A stretch of DNA of 64,000 nucleotides from Octopus sinensis (GCF_006345805.1 NC_043010.1:30132001-30196000); one strand, 5' to 3'. Positions 37,117-50,814 are shown, counted from the stretch's first letter. Notes: generated from the letters alone by a model not told the origin. Translations and numbers: made by a program.

Positions 37117-37975
37117 ATATACATACTCACACACGCGTGTATATTTACATACAAACACACATATATACATATATATGTCTACGCATACACGCACATATGC
37201 ACGCATATATACGTATGCATGCATCACTACGCTCATATACACATCTCTACACGCACACACATACATACGTGGATATACAAAACGTAGTTTATACGCACAT
37301 GCATACACATACGCGGAAGGACGTATATACAAATAAAGACACATACACAAAAAAACATAAACCGCGTATGTATGTTGCATATGCGTATAAACAACGTGTG
37401 GCATATCCGGGTATATATGTTGCATGAGCGTATAGACAACATTTTGTATATCCACGTATATATGTTTATGTGCGTATAGAGATGTGTATATGAACGTAAT
37501 GATGCATGCGTTTTTGCGTATGTGTTTTTATTTGTATATACATCTTTCCGCGTATGCATATGCATGTGCGTATGAACTAAGTTTTGTATATCCGCATATG
37601 TATGTGTGTCTGCGTGTAGACAGGTGTATATGAGCGTAGTGATGCGTGCATGGGTATATATGCGTGTATGCGTAGACATATATATGTATATATATGCGTG
37701 TTTGTATGTATATGTACACGCGTGTGTAAGCATGTATATAGATATATATATACATACATGTGTGTGTGTGTACGTGTATGTGTGTGTGTGTATATGTGTG
37801 CAAATGCGGATTCTATGAATGAATTATTACTTTCTTCATGCCTATTGGAGTAATTTCCCTTTATTCAACAGTTTTTTTATAGCGTTTTTCTTAATAACTA
37901 ATGAGATGCCAGAGCAGACTTCAGCACCGACATCCGAAACTCCGAGTTTTATTATGACAACCAACTAATTGTCAC
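36945..37975. repeat. Inverted pseudo-LTR pieces enclosing CA/TG-rich low-complexity DNA; right arm has a degenerate HHR (37892-37954, core CUAAUGA)
   Basis: 36950-37020 mirrors 37800-37870; the HHR-like part resembles 4147-4207 and 52457-52517. Confidence 0.65.
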
Positions 37976-37982
37976 ATATTGT

Positions 37983-38035
<53 letters not shown>

Positions 38036-38041
38036 ATATAC

Positions 38042-38144
<103 letters not shown>

Positions 38145-38217
38145 TATATTATATATATATATATTAAATGTAGGAAGAAATGGAGCTGAACGAAGATTTA
38201 ACAAATTCCTTTATATT

Positions 38218-38303
38218 ATTTTCTACATATGTTTCAAAGGCTGCAAAGACCCTAATTCGGATTGAATAAGGAGTCCATTTTGCAACTTTCTCTTCAGGAA
38301 AAT
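38218..38303 (-). ncRNA. Type I hammerhead ribozyme motif with long stem II
   Basis: auuuuc CUGAAGA g aaag uugcaaa..gacucc/ggguc..uuugcag c cuuu GAAAC auau GUA gaaaau. Confidence 0.85.
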
Positions 38304-38893
38304 CCAGGAACTTAATTCTCCAACAAAATGCACAACAAGCTTTTCGACAAACGCTCACGAGGAGCCCATGAAATAAATGACACAAACTGTCTATCTATAT
38401 GCGTTGACGCCAGACTGGGTGAAAGCAGAAGAGATTGTCCGTTGAGATAGTTCAAGGTCAGAATCCGGTTGGCAGAAGGGGGGTACAGGAAAATCAAAGA
38501 GTGTGAATGTATTCTGTATGACTGGTGTTTATATTTGAATTATTTTAAGAATGAGTGTTAGAGTGTTTGAGTGTGAGAAAATGCTTTAATGTATGTGTGT
38601 GCGTCTATGTATGTGTGACAGTGTTTTTCGAAGGCAGAAAGAGAGAGAGATATAGCAGGTATTAATGGTCAAGAAACTGAAAAAACTGTGTCTGTGTGTT
38701 CGTATGTGACCACTTGATAGAGAGAGGGTGTCCACAATGGCCATGGCAGGATACAGTGTTGCTGTCAGGGATGGCAGCAGTTCTTGACAACTATTAGTTC
38801 TTATACTAACAGGGAAGGGATAACCCCTTTCAAATTTTATTCAAATTTTTTTCCCATTTTTTTAGGAAATCCAGGGGTTATCTATATTAGACT

Positions 38894-39594
38894 TCATTGG
38901 TATGAGAGAAAGGTATGCCGTTTCCAGTGGGGGCATCTGAAAGAATTTTGCACAATCGAGTTAACAAGCTGCCCTCGGGCGAACAAAATATGAAAAAGTT
39001 CTGAGTTACAAAGAGTACAGATTTTTTTGCCCTTATCAAACGGTAAAGACACCGATAAAATTGACCATTCCAGTCTAAAAGTTGAATTCGCGTTCTTCAA
39101 ACGCCAGACTAATTTGCTTAGCCCCGTAGCGTGTTGCTTATCCTTATCACGGAACGTGGAAAAATGATTCGATATTCTAATGGCCAGTTTCGATGATGAA
39201 GCTCCGATATAAGTGAAGACATCGGATTCAGTATAAACTCTGCACTGGTAAATGGCGTTTCTAATCTTGGAGTTGCTAGATAAGAACCTTAATCTGTTGG
39301 GATTGGTTTCCGATATTAATACAGCGTTCTTATTACTATGATGATTGTAAAAACTACCGCTGGATTCGATATTATTCACACCATTATCATTACTATTTAA
39401 GGCAATATCACCTGCATATTCCCTGTTACTGGGAATGCTGTGATTGATAATGCCCGTAATACTACTGTTGTTAAAACCGCTGCTAATATTATTGTTGGGA
39501 CTCCCTACGTTAATGACGAGATCAGTGCTCTTATCCTTATTACTATTACTAACTCCAATGTTGGTATGAAGGTTGCTAATATCTGTGCCAGTTC

Positions 39595-39630
<36 letters not shown>

Positions 39631-41566
39631 TGCGCGTTATGTTGGAATTTGACGGAGCAGAGTCTCTGCTCATGGGTGAGAGGGCCTTATTTTGCAGCTT
39701 ATTGTTATGGGAGGAAATTATATGTGAAAGATTTTTAGTATTGGAGAAGGCTATCCTTACTTTGTGCGAATTTACAGTGGGGTAATATCTCGAATTTCTG
39801 GGAAAATTTCTGGCAATTGCTTGGCGAAACTGCAACGGTAGGTTAGATCTTATTTGTTTACCAAAGGGAATTACAAACCAAATATAGTTTTTCCTGTTCT
39901 TGTACTGGCTCGGAGAGTCAACTCTAACATTAAGGTGGGTATCTCTGGGTTGAATAATGGGTTTTGGCCTACGATGGCCTCCCCTGGACCGCAAATTATT
40001 TATGTTATCTATATTTATGCTAGTTGTACTTGTATCGACATTCCTAAGGCTACCATCACTACTTATATTATTTATATTATTGTAAGTTGACTTATCCTGA
40101 TGATAGAATACTGGTTTCGGAAGGGCCGGGTCTATATATGTTACCTTTTCCCTATAACCGGCTTTTGACAGGGCGGCATTATAGAATTCCGCTTTCTGCT
40201 TAAAAATGTCGACGTTGGCAGATAAATTTGATAATCTTTGAGAAATATTTTTAAGTAAATTATCTGTTATAGTTTTTGCGTGGTTAGAGAAAATACTGAC
40301 ATACTTTAGGTTAGTGGAAGGTTTATGGTAGGGGCAGTAAGAATCGCTATGCAGGTTTAGTGTGACATCTAAGAAATTTGCCTTGGTAAGTTCGTTATCA
40401 AAAACTATGCTCATGTCCATCCTATTAAAGAACCTAGCTAATCTATTTTTAGTTTTCTGTATCATTCTATTCGGGGTGTTCTGCAGGTAAAACAGACAAT
40501 CGTCACGATATAGGCCGCCTCCGATGTCCGGGAATTGGTCGGATAATTCATAGAGAATATAGATTCCGACCAAATCAGCAAACTGGGCGCTATCTGAACT
40601 TCCCATAGGAACATCGAACTCGTTGGGAGTATCCTTACGAACCCATAACTTATCTTCAAACTGTATAAAGGATTTTTTGGCGACTAGAATTATATCAATT
40701 TCTTCTCTTGTGAGGCCTGCCTTATTATGTGCATGCCACAGGGCCTTATTGAGTACACTAGGGTTAATCGAGGGGTAGAAATTAGCAATATCGAACTGAA
40801 TGAACTTAGTTCTGTTTTTATTAGGGATAGAAGAGAACCACTTTACGACTTGCGAGGAGTTCGCCCAAAGGTTAAGCTTAAGCTTATTAACTAAACTAGG
40901 AATGTATTTGTCTAAAATGTACTTACTGATGGAACCGATGTCGGAACTAGAAGGGCATATGAGCCTTAATGCTGGATTGGTGTGGAAATTTGGTTTGTGG
41001 TCCTTAACGATGAATCTAGGTTGTCTTGGGTTAAGCGGTTGTGTTCTCATTTGAAGCCCATAATTTACCATAATTTTCTTAATCTCCAAGTTAACTCTTC
41101 TCAGTGTATTCTTATTTGTAGTTCTATAGTTCTTCTGGATCTCTTTCCTGAGTAATTCTAAGTACTAGTTTATAGGTATCTTGTAAGTATTCCTTGTTTT
41201 GTCAGATTGGACCAGGATTCCGTCCGAGCTGTTGATATCCTTAGTAATTTTCCCTAGGTATCTAAGGTGTTCATTCCTACGGGGCGACTTCCTGAATTTA
41301 ATGCTCCTTACAATGCCCCATAAGTCGTCCTCAAATTTCTTCAGTCTTGGACTGGGTGGTGGCGTCTTCATCGACTTGAAAAGCTTCTTATATTCGGATG
41401 ATGTTACGGACCGGTTCTGTTTTAAATCCTCGTTATCATGAAAGAAAGCGAGCCATCTAATCCGGTTGATGAATGCATTTGTTTTGCAGACAATTTCCTT
41501 AAGGAAGGATTCCTTTGGTGGTAAAGGAATGTCCTTAAGGGACGCGTTAATCTCGAACAACCCCAT
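38894..41566 (-). CDS. PLE RT + GIY-YIG protein, 891 codons with one in-frame TAG at 41165-41167
   Basis: ORFs 41165-41566 and 38894-41089 share a frame, bridged by YLELLRKEIQKNYR; FDIANFYPSI, PMGSSD, YRDD, IYQC..TYIGAS, CTLCNSE. Confidence 0.9.
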
Positions 41567-41672
41567 TTGCGGTATCGGTTAAGTTAGCAGTTTCTTGGCG
41601 AAGCTGTATATGATTATTGAAGTAGATAAATGAATTATCTTATTACGGATAATTCAAATGATAACCGATACC

Positions 41673-41705
<33 letters not shown>

Positions 41706-41706
41706 C

Positions 41707-41799
<93 letters not shown>

Positions 41800-41805
<6 letters not shown>

Positions 41806-42680
41806 GGAGTAAACACATAAATGTGAAACAAGGTGGAAAAAAGAGTACTCAAATACCAGTGGTAGAGTAATATGCTTTATTTTAAGCAGCAGAAAATTCA
41901 ACAAAATCTGTTACTCTGAGTTTCTCGTTGCCGTTCATCAGACAGTTTTTGCTAGAATGGAACTGATATATCAATTCAATCTATACTCTTACAAACGCTA
42001 CACCTTTAAAAGAAAATGGACTTGTTTGATTGGCCCTTTAGAAAAACGGTCAATCTTCGAGCGATAAACAAAAAGGTCCAAAATATAATGTATATATATA
42101 TAAAAACTTATAAAAAATTATAAAAATTATAAAAATTATAAAATCCGAGGAAAAACCTATTGACGTTAATGAAGACAGTGCAAATTAATGCATAGAAATT
42201 AAACCTGTTATAAATACTGCAATACATATTTATATTAAAATCTACATATATATATCAACATACACAAAAGGATGCGCGTAAACGCCATACACACATATAC
42301 AGACGTATGAATATAAGTCTAAATACACATAAAAGCATGTGTACATATATTCACGCAAACCGTCTCGCACGCAAGCTAAAATTCATCTATGTAGCAATTC
42401 TCATATACTGAGCAAGGAGGGGGAACGAAAGAAAGGGAAAGAGAGAAAAAAGAAACGAAGGAGGGGGTGGGGAAAAAACGAAATAAGCATTGGTAACGAT
42501 GTTTTGGCATCTATAGAGACAGTATACATACACAAGTTTGAATGGATACATATACATACCGTCGTGTATATGTGTGCTTAAGCACAAACATACTTTCACT
42601 TACACATACACAGATACGCATGCTTACAAATACATATGCTTTGCTATACACATACTTATATAAACATTCTAATTTTGACA
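41800..42680 (-). repeat. About 880-bp pseudo-LTR-like unit, copy 1
   Basis: Directly repeated at 45190-46085; minus strand has HHR, then AATAAA, then (TA)n. Confidence 0.85.
41908..41945 (-). ncRNA. Very small hammerhead-like motif
   Basis: cugu CUGAUGA a cg-gcaa-cg a GAAAC ucaga GUA acag; stem II only 2 bp. Confidence 0.5.
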
Positions 42681-43884
42681 ACATTGCTTTTTTAAAAAAA
42701 CATTGCTTTTAAAAATGGGTGCATTGATAAAAATATATACGAAAGACATATAAAATAAAATATAACATCCTATTTTGGGTCATTTATAAATAATCAAGGT
42801 AATATAAATAATCAAGGTAATCCTAGGATCTTTTCAATTCTGAAGCCAGTTTTTTCAAATTTTTCCTACTGAACCAAACAACTTGAAACTTCGTATACTG
42901 GTAGAATGTGTCAAAAGTAAACTTAATTGTAAACCAGAATGAACGGAATTGTAACTTCTAGTTTAACGTTGTTTAATATTAGAATTTTAACCAATGATAT
43001 TCCGTCATTCGGCTTTATTTTATTTACTCCGTCTCGACCACCAATTTGGTGACGTATTAAACATCTTAAATGTAAACAAGCCGCATGTCTCCGTGAAATC
43101 TCCTTCTAATTATTTAACGTATCTCATGTTTCCAGGATCCTATAGTCAGCCACCTTCTAATAACAATATTTAAAACTAGTTAATAAGCCACATGTATTAA
43201 ATTGAAAATGTTTCCATTCTGTTAGTACTTGCTTTCGTTTGCTATTAAGAAGTGGCATCTCAGTGACGAGGCTTCTAACAAGATTTCGTTTCTAAGCTAA
43301 TGCGTTTCATTTCACTTATTGTATTTATTTGTGCAAAAGGCAAGAAATTAATATTAAAAAAGCAAAGAGCTGGCAGAAACGTTAGCACGCCGGGCGAAAT
43401 GCGTAGCCGTATTTCGTCTGCCGTTACGTTCTGTGTTTGTTTACAGTTTTCCGAACGTTAGTACGTCACAAAAGCGCTTTCTACGTCACACTAATAGAAT
43501 GCAGTCAAGTTTTACACATGAAAACAAACAATCTGATTGGTTAAAATTCGCAGTTTTAATCTACGATTAAAGTCATAAAATAGATTTTTCTCAAATAAAC
43601 TAGTTCCAACCTGTGTCTTGTTTTGCTAGACTCTATCAGCATACGACGTTTCAGAATATTTAGTTAAGTAGAAAGATCTGTGGTCCTGGCTTCAGAATTG
43701 AAAAGATCCTAATCCTATGCAATACAATAACATGAAAACAAAGTTTGTAGGTTTTTCCTAATATATATGTAGAAACATAAGACTTTGCTATACGGATTAA
43801 GATCCGCATAGCATGGAAACAAAATCCATCGTAGCGCTCAAGAGTCAAAATCAAAATCAAAAATCAAAAATACAAAATATATAC

Positions 43885-44610
43885 TCTATCCATATGGTAT
43901 ATTTATATTCGACATTTTAAATTTAGCCGCGTGCCTACATAAGTTCATTAACTCACTTCTTTGATTCAAAGAATTATTGTCTTTGAATAAGATGTACATT
44001 TTCTCTAATAGACAAAGTCTGCACTTGAAATTATTTTTGTAAGCTCCGTGCCTGTATGGTGCCGCCTGTCCAGAATGCCTCCATGTCACGTTGAAAGGTG
44101 GGGCTCCTTTTCTTTTAGTTCCCAGACATATTTTGCTAGGCTGGTTTTCTTCCTATTCTCTGGGTATTTAATGAATTTTTATGAGAATAAAATCTTGTTT
44201 TAAATGAATTTTCTGAAGCCCCTGTGTATGTCTTGTATTCCGATGAGCCTTCCACTTGCACCTTGGCTCTATAAACTACTCCTTTCACTAGACATTTCCC
44301 TTCTAACGGACAGGAGCTTTCGTTTTTGAAATTACATTTCTTAATGGGCTCGGCACCATGTCTAATCTCAATTAGCTTCCTATTATGTTGGCTAATGTAG
44401 AGGCGAAATTTCTGCAACAAGAATAGCTAACCTTCAGGGTTCTTCTATTAAATATTCTGTAGAATTTATGACCCTGCTTAAAATGCTTAGAGACTAATCT
44501 CAAAATTCCTTACCTATATTAGTCTTTACGGCCAAATTGAAAGCCGGGTTGAACCACAAAACTTTCCTGGTCCTAGTTCTTCGTGCAGCATTATTATCAG
44601 CATTAAGCTG
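43885..44610 (-). pseudogene. Naiad-like PLE GIY-YIG 3' fragment (frameshifted)
   Basis: CNFKNESSCPLEGKC..VVYRA..YTGASENSFKTRFYSH; CRLCLLEK..LNQRSELMNLCRH. Confidence 0.85.
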
Positions 44611-44648
44611 GTTGAAACTGGATCTTCTCCGAGAATCCACTATTCTAT

Positions 44649-44704
<56 letters not shown>

Positions 44705-44722
44705 ATATTATATATATATATT

Positions 44723-44803
<81 letters not shown>

Positions 44804-45189
44804 CGTATTTATATATAAGGATAATATCGATATTTAATATCGATATTATCAAGTGGCCCCAGCATGGAAAAAATACCGTACAAAGGTAATAATATTTTTT
44901 TACAACTAAAAAAAGGGTGTCTGAGAGACACCACCATGCCGAAATAGCAGTCAAAACCCTGACTTTAAAACCCACGTCATATCGTACCATGAGATAAGAC
45001 AGAGGGACAAAATAGACTAGTTGTAAAAAATATATATATACGTATATATATATATATATATTAAATATATATATTATATATATATATAATATTAAATGTG
45101 TATCATATTCTTTTATTCGTTTATTGGTTTCAGTCATTTACACACACACACACACACTCACACACGTATATACATATACATACATATAT

Positions 45190-46085
45190 TATACGGAGTA
45201 AACACATAAATGTGAAACAAGGTGGAAAAAAGAGTACTCAAATACCAGTGGTAGAGTAATATGCTTTATTTTAGAGCAGAAAAATTCAACAAAATCTGTT
45301 ACTCTGAGTTTCTCGTTGCCGTTCATCAGACAGTTTTTGCTAGAATGGAACTGATATATACAATTCAATCTATACTCTTACAAACGCTACACCTTTAAAA
45401 AGAAATGGACTTGTTTGATTGGCCCTTTAGAAAACGGTCAATCTTCGAGCGATAAACAAAAAGGTCAAAGATATATATATATATAAAAACTTATAAAAAT
45501 TATATATAAAAAACTTATAAAAATTATAAAATCCGAGGAAAAAACCATTGACGTTTAATGAAGACAGTGCAAATTAATGCATAGAAATTAAACCTGTTAT
45601 AATACTGCAATACATATTTATATTAAAATCTACATATATATATCAACATACACAAAAGGATGCGCGTAAACGCCATACATACATATACAGACGTATGAAT
45701 ATAAATTGAAATATACACATAAAAGCATGTGTACATATATTCACGCAAACCGTCTCGCACGCAAGCTAAAATTCATCTATGTAGCAATTCTCATATACTG
45801 GGCAAGGAGGGGGAACGAAAGAAAGGGAGAGAGAGAAAAAGGAACGAAGGAGGGGTGGGGAAAAAACGAAATAAGAAAAAAATTTTTGTATACAGGCAGT
45901 GTAACGCTGTTATTGGCATCTATAGAGACCAGTATACATACACAAGTTTGAATGGATACATATACATACCGTCGTGTATATGTGTGCTTAAGCACAAACA
46001 TACTTTCACTTACACATACACAGATACACAGAAATAATGTTTATATAAGTATGTGTATAGCAAAGCATATGTATTTGTAAGCATG
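45190..46085 (-). repeat. About 880-bp pseudo-LTR-like unit, copy 2
   Basis: High identity to 41800-42680. Confidence 0.85.
45296..45333 (-). ncRNA. Very small hammerhead-like motif (copy 2)
   Basis: Identical to 41908-41945. Confidence 0.5.
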
Positions 46086-46870
46086 TCCACACTAAAACAC
46101 CCATACTCTCTTCCTTCAGGGGAACCGCTCACAGTCTCTAACAATATCAGGGACCTGAGCGTAATTGTTGATGACAATCTCAGTTGGAGTGCCCACACCA
46201 ACAAGAAGGTCGATATAGCTCGTATGATGAGCTCCTGGATCATAAGAACCTTCCAGTCCAGAGAACAAGGTGTCATCATACCACTTTTCTCCTCCTTTGT
46301 ACGGCCACACCTCAAATACTGCTGCCCACTGTGGTCTCCCCATACAAGACAAAACATCTCGAGGACTGAATCACCCCAGAGGACACTCACTAAACGAATT
46401 GAAGGCATGACTGCTCTCGATTATTGGGACCACCTTAAAGTCTTGAAACTCTACTCTCTCCAGCGAGCGGTGCATCATTTGTACGATGCGCCAAATTTGC
46501 CCAAACGACCTGAATATTAGTTTCAAGGTTCATCTTAGGCTGGGACTACGGGACATACGTCTCCTACCCAATTCAGGATCACTGCATATAGGTACACTGC
46601 AACATAATTTCTTTTCCTCAACAGGCCCTGCCCTGTTTAACATTGTTCCGAAAGAGATCAAAGAGGAAAAGGATCCCATCAACTTTAAACGGAGTCTGGA
46701 CAGATTTCTTCAAGGAATACCGGATAAGCCACCCATACCTGGATACAACTTACTCAACAAGAACTCACTACTTGAATGGAGCATAAACAAAACTTGACTT
46801 AAACAGGATTTAGATAATCCTATCAGGTGGTACTAAGTTAGACATGGCCTTGAGCAATCTTTGGTCGAAA
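46085..46870 (+). pseudogene. CR1/L2-group LINE 3' fragment
   Basis: IRDLSVIVDDNLSW, VRPHLKYCCPLWSP, LKLYSLQR, GPALFNIVP, FKRSLDRFLQGIPD. Confidence 0.85.
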
Positions 46871-47083
46871 CATATCTAAATTAATCTTAATTTTATGTAT
46901 ACGTATGTATATATGTATATGTATATATATATGCATATGTATATGTATGTGTATATATATATATTTATATACACATACATACATACATGCATATATATAT
47001 ATATATATAATATAATATATATATATATATATATAATACTATATATATATATAATATATATATCTATATATATATATATATAT

Positions 47084-47139
<56 letters not shown>

Positions 47140-47262
47140 TATATGAAAAAACAAGTCAAAATAGAAAATGCTAAAATAATTTTATAAAGAAATATTTTAG
47201 CATTTTCTATTTTGACTTGTTTTTCATATATATCAACTCGTGTGTTCCTTTTCACCTTATAC

Positions 47263-47294
<32 letters not shown>

Positions 47295-47506
47295 TATATA
47301 TTATATATATATATATATTAAATTAGGATAAAACCACTATTAGGCAAATCAAACAAAGTGAAAATCATAACCAATACATAGAAATAAAATTATTAATAAA
47401 AAATATTAAAATATAAAATTCAAAATTTAAGATATTTAAATTAACGTTAAAATTTTAAAAATTATTAAATTAATAATTTATACTTATGAATTTTTAAATA
47501 TATATA

Positions 47507-47559
<53 letters not shown>

Positions 47560-47598
47560 ATTATTTCATTATTATTATTATTATTATCATTATTATTA

Positions 47599-47672
<74 letters not shown>

Positions 47673-49422
47673 TTTTAATTTTTTAATTTTTATATTAAAT
47701 ATAACTATCAAAAAGTATTAACAGTTTAATATAAGATAAAGAGTAAAACCACTACGATCGGTGCATGCCCATATACCAATTCGAATAAAAATAATTTAAA
47801 TTCAGTTAATAATTCGAATTATGATTATAGTCAATCTTCAGGTTAATTATAATATTTAAATAAATAATCAGAAATATTTAAACAATTTTTTTTAAGCAAT
47901 AAATAAAATAATAATTTTTCTTATAAAAAACTCTATTATCAAACTAGAAACTTAACGATTATGATTATGTCATACAATCGATTATAATGTTAAATATTAA
48001 TTTTTAACTTTTAAGTATTAATTTTTAAGTTAAGAAACCCACAAATAATCTAATATCAGTTATAGTCAATATCTAATTACATAAATATTTTACAAAAAAA
48101 AACTATCATATTATTAAATATATAATATTTGAATAATATATAAATTATCAATGAAAATATATAAATGTATATAAATATTATAATTAAGATCTAAAATTAT
48201 TTCTATCAATAAATATATATGCACGTATAATAAATACCTAATGAATTAATTATTCATTATTACTAATAAGCATATTAAAAGATTAAAGATGAAATAGCTA
48301 ATTGTAAAAAAACAAACAAACAATCTTAAACGAATGCTATAAGAAAATAACAATCTATATATCACGTTAGCTAACTAATAACTTTCAAAAATCGTATAGT
48401 TAAGATATAATAATATAAAATACTTAATGAAATAGTCGATCCGTAATTATATAGTATCAAGTAAATACTACTAATATATTAATCAATGGGAAGAATATTA
48501 CTACCATTATCGATTTAAAAAGACAATATATAAGTTATAATAACAATTATAAAAAATAAAATAATTATCAGCAAATATAGTTTTTTAAGACTAATAATAA
48601 TGTTATCAATACATGTATTTACATGAAATCTAACTTTAAACAACTCGTATAACTATTATCGAACTATATATCTCTATGTAAAGTCTTACTAATAAACGTA
48701 AAGTTAATATCTAATAATTATATAGAAAAATTACGATAATTAGATCATTACATAAACATCAATATTTACATAAAAAAACAATATTATACCATAACACTTA
48801 TAAAATATTTAAATTTAAAAATGTTTAAATCTTGAATATAAATATATACTTAGCTTAGCGAGGTTTTGTGATCGAATTATTAATTGAATTTAAATTATTG
48901 TTATTCGAATTGGTATATGGGCATGAAACGATCGTAGTGGTTTTACTCTTTATCCCATATAAATCACTTGCTATGCAAGTACATTTCCGTAATTATATTA
49001 AACTGTTAATACTTTTTGATAGTTATATTTAATATAAAATAATAATAATAATAATAAGCTGTATTGTATGGAGATGCGTGGGTGTATTCTATTGTTAATG
49101 AGTTTGAGTGCTTGTGTGTGTGTATGTATATAACTGTATTCGTGCCTGTGTGTGTGTGCGTGACTGTGTGTGTAGGGTGACAAATGTCAGAAACATTTAG
49201 TAGTGAGGTGACAGATTTGTGTCTGTGTGTTCGATTGTGGGTATGATAGAGAGAGAGAAAGAGAGAGAGGTGGGGAGATGCAGAGAAAAAGAGGAAAACA
49301 TATCCCAACAAATTTAGTAGTAATTCTTCATGTAACGTAGTAGAAAAAAAGAAATTGTCTATGGTGGTGTTGTAGAAGTGAAACTAAATTATTAAAATCA
49401 AAGAGGTTATCTATACTAATCA

Positions 49423-49625
49423 TCATTCATATGAGAGGAAAGAATGTCTCTGCCAATGTTTGCACTTATAGGATTTTACTATAATTGTGTTTACCAAGGG
49501 GAATTTGGAGAAAAGGATAAAGAAGAGTTCGGAATTACGAAGGCCACAGCATTTCCTGCCCTTATCAAAAGGAAAAGATACAGATAATATGAACCAGTCC
49601 AGTTTGAAAGTTATATAACGAATAC
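49423..49625 (-). pseudogene. C-terminal GIY-YIG fragment of the 38894-41566 family
   Basis: FKLDWFILSVSFPFDKGRKCCGLRNSELF..CKHWQRHSFLSYE. Confidence 0.85.
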
Positions 49626-49907
49626 AGTTATATACATACACACACACAAGCACTCAAACTCATTAACAATAGAATACACCCACGCATCCCCATACATTAC
49701 AGCTTGCACTCTATCCCCTTCCTAGAGCTTTCTCCTCCCAACCAAATTTGAACTCTTGAACTCTTTAGAACATTCTCCATCCAACCAACTTTGACGTCAT
49801 TGCTTATAACGGGATATTTTAAAGAAACACTCATTATTACTGTGGACATCATGTGGGCAGTCATCTAAAAGTTTTTGCTCTTCATGGTGCTGACATAAGT
49901 TCCTTGT

Positions 49908-49967
49908 CTTTCCTGATGAGATGGCGGCATAATGCACCCTTTATTCCTTCGAAACATGTGTCGAGAG
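49908..49967 (+). ncRNA. Type I hammerhead ribozyme motif in an inverted pseudo-LTR
   Basis: ctttc CTGATGA gatgg..ccttc GAAAC atgt GTC gagag; downstream aaaggaattttgttaaaatc matches the sequence after the 38218 HHR. Confidence 0.75.
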
Positions 49968-50164
49968 TAAAGGAATTTTGTTAAAATCGTCGTTCGACTC
50001 CATTCTTTCATTTATTCATAGTTTAAAAAAACACACAAATTTACACACGAGAACACGGGATCCCTGCCCTTGGCATATAGCTTCAACCGTGTTTCCTGAC
50101 GTGAATTTGCTTCCCAGGTATCGGTAACCGAATTATCCATACTAGAATAATTCATTCACCTTCT

Positions 50165-50220
<56 letters not shown>

Positions 50221-50491
50221 AAAAATTATAAGTATAAATTATTAATTTGAATAATTTTTAAATTCTAACTTTAATTTAAATATTTTAAATTTTGAATTTT
50301 ATATTTAATATATTTTTATTAATTAAATTTAATTCTATGTATTGGTTTATGATCTTCACTGTTTGATTTGCCTAATAGTGGTTTTATCTCTAATTTAATA
50401 TAATATACATATATATTTATGCTATAAAATTGGATCTAATCTTAAATCTAATTTTTCCCTGTAAGTTTGGATTTACTCCCTAATATATTAT

Positions 50492-50580
<89 letters not shown>

Positions 50581-50593
50581 GTATATATATATT

Positions 50594-50814
50594 TACAGGT
50601 TGGCCAAAAGTCACCTGACATTAAATGAAAATTTCATAAATACTGCCTGTATTGATTCGAATGTAAAATATGTCGCTGAAGAAGGACTTCAGTTTGAACA
50701 GTTTTCATGATGTTTCATATTTAGATATTAAATTCATTCAGTTGTTAAATATAAATAAATGCTGGAAATAAATGTTTTTGATATACTGTCAGGTGACTTT
50801 TGGCCAACGCAGTA
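50594..50814. mobile_element. Tc1/mariner-type MITE
   Basis: 22-bp perfect inverted repeat gttggccaaaagtcacctgaca (50599-50620 / 50787-50808), with TA near both ends. Confidence 0.75.

Larger units (their letters stand above)
38160..41600 (-). mobile_element. Near-complete Penelope-like (Naiad-like) retroelement with 3' UTR/pseudo-LTR and hammerhead
   Basis: Long RT+EN frame, HHR at 38218-38303, (TA)n on both flanks. Confidence 0.92.
47320..50405. repeat. Nested AT-rich inverted repeats (47320-47500/50215-50400; 47690-47820/48870-49030; 49065-49142/49619-49695)
   Basis: Reverse-complement matches read directly. Confidence 0.75.

Noticed and set aside
41165-41167. In-frame stop as selenocysteine recoding (reported for some Naiads)
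   Set aside because: The stop is TAG, not TGA, and is not at a Cys position
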